Assembly: GCA_051890235.1 (NCBI GenBank)
Contig: JBJFDX010000107.1
Span: 1-32,989, forward strand
Length of the DNA stretch: 32,989 nucleotides
Reading direction: 5' to 3'
Source: Bacteroidaceae bacterium
GTDB lineage: Bacteria; Bacteroidota; Bacteroidia; Bacteroidales; Bacteroidaceae
Shown: piece after piece, positions 19,541 to 25,935 of the stretch
Layout: the number at the start of each line of letters is the position of its first letter
Position numbering within the stretch: the first letter of the stretch is position 1
The notes under the pieces: generated by a model
Database searches by the model: none
What the model was told of the DNA's origin: nothing
The model's input: only the letters and a program-made list of their open reading frames with translations
Program-made: the position numbers and the translations under genes

Positions 19541-20444
19541 AAAGAACATTAAAGCCCAAGCCCAAAGCTTGGGCTTTGTTGCATGCGGAGTGGCAGAGGC
19601 TGCTCCCGTGGAGCCCCTGCATGCACAACACTACCTGCAGAGAATACAGCTGGGACACTTTGCCGACATGCATTACATGACACAGCATGTGGACATGAGG
19701 CTCAACCCCCAACTGCTCCATCCAGGCGTGCACACCATCGTGAGTGTGGCCCTCAACTACATGCCAGCCAGCCAACAGCCAGCCATCTGCCTCTATGCAC
19801 AAGGGCAGGACTACCATGAGGTGATGAAGGAGCGCCTGCGCCAACTCATGGACAGCCTGGGAGCACATGGCCGCTGTTTCGTGGACACGGCCCCCGTGAT
19901 GGAACGCTACTGGGCCTGGCGCAGCGGAGTGGGACACTACTGCCGCAACGGACTGATATCCGTCCCAGGAGTAGGACCCACGGTATTCCTGGGCGAACTT
20001 TTCCTGGAGGAGGAGACCGACCACTATGACAGTCCACTCCCATCCCCACACTCGCCCAAACAGGGCTGGCAAGACCTCTGTACGGCCCTCACTCCCGAGG
20101 GCCTTGATGCACGACTCTGCCTCAATTATTGGACGATAGAGCATCGCGGCAATCTGCCTCCTGACATCCACTTAGGCCGATGCTTCTATGGGTGTGACCG
20201 TTGCCTGCGAGCCTGCGAGGAGTTTCAAGAGGCACGCCCCACGGAACTACCCGCCCTACAGCCATCGTCTGCCCTACTGGAAATGAAGGAAGAGGACTGG
20301 CTCACACTCACACCCGAGCGCTTTCGTTCCCTCTTCCGTCACTCAGCGGTCAAGAGGGCCAAGTATGAGGGACTCATGCGTAACATCGCCCGATGGACAT
20401 CTCGCCAGGGAAGCAGAGAAGAAGAAGATAAGGAGCAAGCATAA
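19518..20444 (+). CDS. queG: Epoxyqueuosine reductase (QueG)-like protein, apparently lacking the first CxxCxxCxxxC ferredoxin motif
   Basis: The start is trimmed to MNLRCLTEKNIKAQAQSLGFVACGV. The blocks YAQGQDYHEVMKERL, DTAPVMERYWAWRSGVGHYCRNGL, DARLCLNYWTIEH and GCDRCLRAC are QueG-like. The start is uncertain (19476 is the alternative). Confidence 0.7.
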   Translation: MNLRCLTEKNIKAQAQSLGFVACGVAEAAPVEPLHAQHYLQRIQLGHFADMHYMTQHVDMRLNPQLLHPGVHTIVSVALNYMPASQQPAICLYAQGQDYHEVMKERLRQLMDSLGAHGRCFVDTAPVMERYWAWRSGVGHYCRNGLISVPGVGPTVFLGELFLEEETDHYDSPLPSPHSPKQGWQDLCTALTPEGLDARLCLNYWTIEHRGNLPPDIHLGRCFYGCDRCLRACEEFQEARPTELPALQPSSALLEMKEEDWLTLTPERFRSLFRHSAVKRAKYEGLMRNIARWTSRQGSREEEDKEQA

Positions 20445-20700
20445 TTTCGTGAGGATATAGTAAGACACCTCCTCCAACTCTTATGGTCCGTTTGGAGAGT
20501 AAGATGTAATTCTGACAGGTTTCTTATGGAACGGCCCTTACAAAGTGATACCATCATGATTGAAAAATCAAGTTCTGTCTCATGCGACGAAGAACCTTCG
20601 TGATTGATATCTATTCCTGTCTTCCGACACAATTTCTCCCACATCTGCCCGTCATAAGTCCGCTTTATCTTCAGAGCCCCGAAAAACTGTACTTTTCAGC

Positions 20701-20810
20701 GCAAACGTTTGCGGGAGCGGTTGCAAACGTTTACGACCGCGGTTTCAAACGTTTGCGACCGCGGTTTCAAACGTTTGCGTCGGACAGTGCAAACCTTTGT
20801 GTGGATAAGT
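20701..20810. repeat. Five head-to-tail 22-bp tandem repeats, each centred on the palindrome CAAACGTTTG. Units 2-3 also carry the palindrome ACCGCGGT.
   Basis: The units start at 20701, 20723, 20745, 20767 and 20789. Their sequences are GCAAACGTTTGCGGGAGCGGTT, GCAAACGTTTACGACCGCGGTT, TCAAACGTTTGCGACCGCGGTT, TCAAACGTTTGCGTCGGACAGT and GCAAACCTTTGTGTGGATAAGT. The period is exactly 22 bp, and the last unit is degenerate. Confidence 0.9.
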
Positions 20811-20959
20811 GTACCTGTCATCAGTCCGTCAAAAGAACATATCCCCGCAGGGTTCCCCTCCTCCATGGTTTTTCTACTGAACCGTAAACAGCTTTTTTCT
20901 GCTCATACAGACATTGGCTATGGACCGCTACGGTGACTGATGGGCAACCAAGAAAGGGA

Positions 20960-21859
20960 TCAGCAATGCTGGTGCCTGTAGGCAAGGGGGGACATGCCCA
21001 CACGCCTTCGGAACATGCGGGTGAAATGGTTGGGATAAGCAAAACCCAGTTCCTCGGCTATCTCCCCCACGCTCATCTGCGTGCCGGCCAGAAGGGACTG
21101 GGCTGCCGTCACTATCTTGCCCTGGATGTAGTCCTGAGCCGTGACGCGCAGTTCACGCCGCACAAGCTCTCCAAAGTAATTGGGCGAAAGGTGAAACTGC
21201 TCAGCACACCATGCCACAGTGGGCTGACCATGCTGAGCAGGCATGCCGCTGGACAGATAGCGTTCCACCATCTCGTCCAGCCTACCAGCCAGTCCTCCGC
21301 GGTCACTCCTCAGTTCATGAAACTGCCTCTCAAAGAATCGCTTGCAGTAACTCAGAAGATGTCCGATACCCAACCTCAGCATATGGGTGGAGAGATAGTC
21401 GGCAGGGGTGTGGAGCTCTGTCTGAATGTTGGCAAAGCAGTTAAGCAGCACTCCGCGCTCGGTCTCCGAGAGTTCCAGCGCCTCCACTACGTCCGAACTG
21501 AAGAAATCAAACATATAGAAGTCGCGCCCAAGTCCACTCTTCTCAAGCAACTCTGGACGAAAGGCCAGCATGCGCCCACGGGGCTTGGTGGTGTAGTCAA
21601 GGTTCATGGATACCACCTGCCCCGGCTTCAGGGAGAAGACAGTACCCGGCTGGTAACGCATGGTCTTGCCACCCTTGACCAGCTCTCCGAAGTTTTCGTC
21701 CATGAGCACGATGCAATACATATCGAAGTCGAGGGGCAGAAACAGGGCAAGATCTGCCTGCGAAAGGTCGCCCACGGCTACCAGAGGATGCGTGGAGGGC
21801 TGACGGAAGTAAGCGTTAAACTCGTCGATGGTGTGTATTACTTTATGTGTCATGACCAT
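20960..21859 (-). CDS. AraC-family transcriptional regulator (N-terminal ligand-binding domain plus C-terminal HTH_18)
   Basis: The start is trimmed to MVMTHKVIHTIDEFNAYF (299 aa), with an alternative at 21853. The C-terminus is TVAWCAEQFHLSPNYFGELVRRELRVTAQDYIQGKIVTAAQSLLAGTQMSVGEIAEELGFAYPNHFTRMFRRRVGMSPLAYR. It is divergent from the lyase gene. Confidence 0.8.
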   Translation of the reverse strand: MVMTHKVIHTIDEFNAYFRQPSTHPLVAVGDLSQADLALFLPLDFDMYCIVLMDENFGELVKGGKTMRYQPGTVFSLKPGQVVSMNLDYTTKPRGRMLAFRPELLEKSGLGRDFYMFDFFSSDVVEALELSETERGVLLNCFANIQTELHTPADYLSTHMLRLGIGHLLSYCKRFFERQFHELRSDRGGLAGRLDEMVERYLSSGMPAQHGQPTVAWCAEQFHLSPNYFGELVRRELRVTAQDYIQGKIVTAAQSLLAGTQMSVGEIAEELGFAYPNHFTRMFRRRVGMSPLAYRHQHC

Positions 21860-22047
21860 TATATATATATGAGTGTGAAGAGTCGCTCTACAATGAGAAG
21901 GATATTTAGGGAAGGCAAGGACAAAAATAAAACCTTTGTGACAGAAAACCAAGATATTGGTACTGAAAAATGGTAGATATGGCGAAATGAAGTAATATTG
22001 GTCTTTTGTTCCGTAAAAATGTTCATCTGTAAGCAAGGCATAAGTCC

Positions 22048-22055
22048 TAACTTTG
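22048..22055 (+). promoter_or_regulatory. Candidate -7 promoter box TAACTTTG for the tryptophanase-family gene
   Basis: TAnnTTTG match 65 nt upstream of the ATG at 22120. Confidence 0.4.
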
Positions 22056-22119
22056 CGATGCAGACCTTGGCAGAGAATGCCCTGCAACATAAAAAACAAA
22101 AACCAACAAACATATCATT

Positions 22120-23568
22120 ATGGCAGTAAAATTCTATCAGAGTGAAAACCAGGTGCCCCTTGAGATGCACAAGGTGAGAGTGGTGCAGAAGTTGAATCTG
22201 CTCCCTCCGGAAGAGCGATTGCGCAAGATACAGGAAGCAGGCAACAACACATTCCTGCTGCAGAACCGTGACATATACATGGACATGCTGACCGACTCGG
22301 GAGTGAACGCCATGTCGGACCGCCAGACAGCAGCCATGCACATAGCCGATGATTCCTATGCCGGATCGGAAAGCTTTACCCGACTGAAGGCTGCGGTGAA
22401 GGAAGTGTTCGGAGTGGACAACGTGCTACCCACCCATCAGGGACGTGCGGCCGAGAACATTCTGGCATGCCGATACATCACCCCAGGGAAGAAGGCTCTC
22501 ATGAACTTCCACTTCACCACCACCAAAGCTCATGTCACAAGACTGGGAGGTGAGGTACTGGAACTGGTGGACAAGAAGGGGCTGGAGCCTATCAGCGACG
22601 AGCCCTTCAAGGGAGATTTTGACCTGAAACTGCTGGAGGACACCATCAAAGAGGTGGGACCCGAGAACGTAGGTTTTGTGCGCATAGAAGCCGGAACCAA
22701 CCTCATCGGGGGCCAACCGGTATCACTGGAGAACATGTGTGCCGTGGCTGACATCTGTCACCGATACCAGATACCCAGTGTGCTGGACGCTTCGCTCCTG
22801 CAGGACAACATCTACTTCATGAAGATGCGCGAGGCCCAGTGTAAGTACATGCAACCAAAGGAAATCTATCATCTGCTGGCCGACAAGATGGACATCATCT
22901 ACTTCTCGGCACGCAAACTTGGGTTTGCCCGTGGTGGAGCCATACTGTCCCACAACATCGACATCATCAAGAGCATGATGGAATACATCCCTCTCTACGA
23001 AGGTTTCCTCACCTACGGAGGTATCGACGTGCGCAGCATAGAGGCTATGGCCGAGGGCTTGCATGAGTCCCTTGACATGGAGTACCTGGCCCACGGACCG
23101 GAGTTCATAGCCTATCTCATCAAAGAACTGGATGACTACGGAGTGCCCGTCATCAAGCCTGCGGGAGGACTGGGTGCTCATCTCAACTGCTCAGCATTCG
23201 TGCCCGACATGCCTCACAACCAATATCCTGCGGGAGCAGTATGCGCCGCTCTCTACATAGCAGGAGGCATACGCCCCATGGAACGCGGAACCTTGAGTGA
23301 GCAACGAGAACCCGATGGGACAGAGCGCTACGCCGAATTGGAGTTGGCACGACTGGCTGTTCCCCGTCGCGTCTTCACTTTGTCGCAAATCAAGTATGTG
23401 GCCGACCGCGTGAAGTGGCTTTGGGACAACAGGACTCTCATAGGCGGACTGGAGTGGGTGGAAGAGCCTGCCGTTCTGCGCTTCTTCTTCGGACGACTCA
23501 AGGAGATTGGTCACTGGCAGGAAGACCTCGTGGCCAAGTTCCGTGCAGACTTCGGAGACAGTCTGTAA
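22120..23568 (+). CDS. tnaA: Beta-eliminating lyase family PLP enzyme, tryptophanase (or tyrosine phenol-lyase)-like
   Basis: 482-aa ORF with DMLTDSGVNAMSDRQTAAMHIADDSYAGSESF and THQGRAAENIL. The PLP-lysine context is YFSARKLGFARGG. I cannot separate Trp from Tyr specificity by eye. Confidence 0.8.
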   Translation: MAVKFYQSENQVPLEMHKVRVVQKLNLLPPEERLRKIQEAGNNTFLLQNRDIYMDMLTDSGVNAMSDRQTAAMHIADDSYAGSESFTRLKAAVKEVFGVDNVLPTHQGRAAENILACRYITPGKKALMNFHFTTTKAHVTRLGGEVLELVDKKGLEPISDEPFKGDFDLKLLEDTIKEVGPENVGFVRIEAGTNLIGGQPVSLENMCAVADICHRYQIPSVLDASLLQDNIYFMKMREAQCKYMQPKEIYHLLADKMDIIYFSARKLGFARGGAILSHNIDIIKSMMEYIPLYEGFLTYGGIDVRSIEAMAEGLHESLDMEYLAHGPEFIAYLIKELDDYGVPVIKPAGGLGAHLNCSAFVPDMPHNQYPAGAVCAALYIAGGIRPMERGTLSEQREPDGTERYAELELARLAVPRRVFTLSQIKYVADRVKWLWDNRTLIGGLEWVEEPAVLRFFFGRLKEIGHWQEDLVAKFRADFGDSL

Positions 23569-23587
23569 CACGAACCGTTATCCTGAA

Positions 23588-23626
23588 CAGCAAAGGGGTC
23601 GGACATCACATCCGGCCCCTTTGCTG
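23588..23626. terminator. Strong hairpin between convergent genes, likely a bidirectional terminator
   Basis: CAGCAAAGGGGTCGGA-catcaca-TCCGGCCCCTTTGCTG forms a 16-bp stem (one G-T pair) with a 7-nt loop. It lies between the tnaA stop (23568) and the regulator stop (23659). Confidence 0.6.
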
Positions 23627-23658
23627 TATGCACGGCAAGGGAAACCTGTGGCAGATAT

Positions 23659-24762
23659 TCAGGGAAGAGGATGCTGAGCAGAGAGAGCCCTGGATCGGTA
23701 TGCCGAGGGGGAAAGACCCGTCTGCTTACTGAAGAACATGCAGAATGTGGCCTGAGACGTGAAACCCAAACGCTGGGAAATCTCCTGTATGGTAAGATGG
23801 GAGGCGAGGAGCAGAGCCGAAGCCTTCTCAGTGAGGCAACTGTCAAGTATCTGCTTGGGAGAACGATCGGCCACGCGTGCCGTCACCATAGACAGATAAC
23901 GCGGACTGACAGCCAGCAGACGAGCGTACTCCCCCACGCGATGGATACTGGCATGATGAGCGGCAATGAGTGACATATACTGATTGTAGATGTCGGCCGG
24001 GCGCAGGGCTTGAGAGTCATTGTCCACGGCATACACCACCCGGTTGTGCATATAGGCATGTGCAGCCGATACAGCCTGTGTCACGCTGTCCCCCAAAGCC
24101 ATCCGTGTGGCTATGGCCGAAGAGAGTGCGCTACTCACACCATGCCTCTGCCAACCCTCCATATTGGCAGAGGAGAAGAACTGTCCCTGGCCATCCGTCA
24201 GCAGGAAAGCCGTCAGCCGGTCCTGAATGAGACGGCCTCCGCGCAACAACACAGAGCGAGCCCCTGTGGAGGTCAACAGTCGGGCTGCACGTTCCATGTC
24301 ATGGTCGGTACGTATACGCATCCCCAGGATATTCTCGGCCTCGACCACGCGCAACTGCAACAAGGCAGCATAGGGGAAGAGGGCCGTCTCCCACATCCTC
24401 ATCACATCAGGCTCCACCAAGGGTTTTCCCGAAGAAGCTATCAGACCCGGAGCCATGACCACCCGAGGGTAGTCCTGCAGTTCGTGAGCCACGGCCAGCA
24501 GGGTGTCAGAATGTCGAAGCAAACCCACCTTCACGGCACGCGGGTGCTCCTGGCTCAGGATGGCCCTCACCTGCCCTGACACCATATGGGCAGGCAGGTC
24601 ATGCACGCTGCTGATACCACATCTGTCCTGCACGGTGACCGAGGTTATGGCTGTGAGGGCATAGCCCCCCAAAGCCGTGATGGTGCGTGCGTCGGCTTGT
24701 ATCCCTGCACATGCTGTGCTGTCGGAACCATTGATACTCAGTATGGAAATCTCTTCATACAT
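23659..24762 (-). CDS. Fusion protein: ThiD/PdxK-like (ribokinase-fold HMP kinase-like) domain with degenerate catalytic motifs plus a C-terminal AraC-type HTH domain
   Basis: The start is trimmed to MYEEISILSINGSDSTACAGIQADARTITALGGYALTAITSVTVQD, which is ThiD-like (the track ORF starts at 24780). The C-terminus RVGEYARLLAVSPRYLSMVTA...LTIQEISQRLGFTSQATFCMFFSKQTGLSPSAYRS is an AraC HTH_18. Confidence 0.8.
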   Translation of the reverse strand: MYEEISILSINGSDSTACAGIQADARTITALGGYALTAITSVTVQDRCGISSVHDLPAHMVSGQVRAILSQEHPRAVKVGLLRHSDTLLAVAHELQDYPRVVMAPGLIASSGKPLVEPDVMRMWETALFPYAALLQLRVVEAENILGMRIRTDHDMERAARLLTSTGARSVLLRGGRLIQDRLTAFLLTDGQGQFFSSANMEGWQRHGVSSALSSAIATRMALGDSVTQAVSAAHAYMHNRVVYAVDNDSQALRPADIYNQYMSLIAAHHASIHRVGEYARLLAVSPRYLSMVTARVADRSPKQILDSCLTEKASALLLASHLTIQEISQRLGFTSQATFCMFFSKQTGLSPSAYRSRALSAQHPLP

Positions 24763-24766
24763 GCTG

Positions 24767-24774
24767 CAAAGATA
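24767..24774 (-). promoter_or_regulatory. Candidate -7 box TATCTTTG on the minus strand, 4 nt upstream of the ATG at 24762 (possible leaderless transcript)
   Basis: The minus strand reads TATCTTTGcagcATG. If functional, it excludes the upstream ATG at 24780 as the start. This rests on a motif match only. Confidence 0.25.
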
Positions 24775-24818
24775 GCACATTTCCCACTCATCCTCTTTCG
24801 CTTATGGAATTTTCGTTC

Positions 24819-24826
24819 TATCTTTG
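24819..24826 (+). promoter_or_regulatory. Candidate -7 promoter box TATCTTTG for the nucleoside-hydrolase/GH84 operon
   Basis: TAnnTTTG match about 100 nt upstream of the ATG at 24925, in the divergent intergenic region. Confidence 0.35.
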
Positions 24827-24924
24827 CCCTGAGTGTGTCCATCTACCCCCATCGGGCCAAGGAGCCAGGCTGGGAATTGCTCACCCTTGTTAGATATACG
24901 ATACAAAACTATAACATAAAAACA

Positions 24925-25929
24925 ATGAGACAAACACTATTACTGATTCTCCTCTGCATGGCACAGGTCATGCAGGCCAAGCAAACCATCATCCTTGAGA
25001 CTGATATGGGTAACGACCTGGACGATGCATGGGCCCTGGACATGCTGCACAAGTATGCCGATGACGGTCAAGTGCGCCTGCTGGCCGTGATGCTCAACAA
25101 GGAGGGCGTGGGCCCCTGCCAGTATGTGGAACTGATGAATACGTGGTATGGCCGACCCAAAATAGCCATAGGTCATGCCGTGGGACCAACCCACATCGCA
25201 GGCGGCATCCCCAGCTTTCCCGAGATAGTGGCAGGGAAGAAGGCCGAGGATGGCTCTCAGCTCTACCCTCACAAGATAAGCCAACTGTCAGACTGCCCCG
25301 ATGCTGTTACCCTCTATCGCCGTCTGCTCACCAAGCAGAAAGACCATTCGGTCACCATTGTGAGCGTGGGATTCAGTGGCAATCTGGCTGCACTCCTGCA
25401 CAGCGGCGCTGACCGATACTCATCCCTCTCAGGCAGAGAACTGGTGACTCGCAAAGTGAAGTCTTTGGTGGTCATGGCCGGACACATCAGCGACCCCAAA
25501 TACCGGGAGTTTAATGTAGTGGGTGATATCCCATCCTGCCAGGAGGTCTTCAGAATGTGGCCCACGGAAATTGTAGTCACTCCCTTTGAGTTGGGACTGA
25601 ATGCTCCTCTGCCTGCCGATTGCCTGTACAAGGACTTCGGCTGGACCGAGCATCACCCCGTACTGGACGGAATCAAGGCTGCCTGGGGACAATACAAGGA
25701 TTACCCCACATGGGACATGACAGGTGTGCTGTATGCCGTGGAGGGATGTGCCGGATACTTCACCCTCTCGGCTCCCGGAACCATCACCGTCACCGATGAG
25801 GGTTGCACCCTATACAAGGCCGACAGCCAGGGAAAGCATCGCTATCTCATCTCCGACAACAACCAGCGGCCTCTGCTTGTACAGCGTATGCGCAATCTGG
25901 TGGCACGAATACCCAAGAACCAGAAATAA
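24925..25929 (+). CDS. Secreted nucleoside hydrolase-fold (IUNH family) protein
   Basis: The start is trimmed to MRQTLLLILLCMAQVMQAKQ (signal peptide), giving 334 aa. It is followed by IILETDMGNDLDDAWAL, the DxDxxxDD Ca/ribose-binding signature. Confidence 0.8.
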   Translation: MRQTLLLILLCMAQVMQAKQTIILETDMGNDLDDAWALDMLHKYADDGQVRLLAVMLNKEGVGPCQYVELMNTWYGRPKIAIGHAVGPTHIAGGIPSFPEIVAGKKAEDGSQLYPHKISQLSDCPDAVTLYRRLLTKQKDHSVTIVSVGFSGNLAALLHSGADRYSSLSGRELVTRKVKSLVVMAGHISDPKYREFNVVGDIPSCQEVFRMWPTEIVVTPFELGLNAPLPADCLYKDFGWTEHHPVLDGIKAAWGQYKDYPTWDMTGVLYAVEGCAGYFTLSAPGTITVTDEGCTLYKADSQGKHRYLISDNNQRPLLVQRMRNLVARIPKNQK

Positions 25930-25935
25930 AGCTTT

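Noticed and set aside
20700-20713. A functional link between the PurR-box-identical CGCAAACGTTTGCG and purD, 7 kb upstream
   Set aside because: The site is not upstream of purD, and the purD upstream region (13178..13216) lacks the palindrome. I cannot assume an E. coli-type PurR in this lineage. The similarity more safely indicates a generic LacI-family-type operator shape.
20701-20810. CRISPR array interpretation of the 22-bp repeats
   Set aside because: The units are directly abutting with no unique spacers, the period is far shorter than repeat-plus-spacer, and no cas genes are nearby.
20582-20936. The + strand ORFs 20582..20887 (101 aa) and 20709..20936 (75 aa) across the tandem repeat
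   Set aside because: Their peptide repeats (RGFKRLRP/RFQTFA) are just the 22-bp DNA repeat read in shifting frames, because 22 is not a multiple of 3. They have no promoter or start context.
19524-21976. 19524..20171 (-) 215 aa and 20933..21976 (+) 347 aa
   Set aside because: They are antisense to queG and to the AraC regulator respectively. The sense genes carry clear family motifs and the antisense translations do not.
21860-22099. 80-aa N-terminal extension of the AraC ORF
   Set aside because: It would run through the (TA)n tract and the candidate tnaA promoter box. The extension (MFFMLQGILCQGLHRKV...) has no AraC-family counterpart, and the ~299-aa product from 21859 is the typical size.
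24586-24924. 113-aa N-terminal extension of the nucleoside hydrolase ORF
   Set aside because: It overlaps the 5' end of the divergent regulator gene and the intergenic promoter region. The signal peptide and the DxDxxxDD motif start right after the internal Met at 24925.
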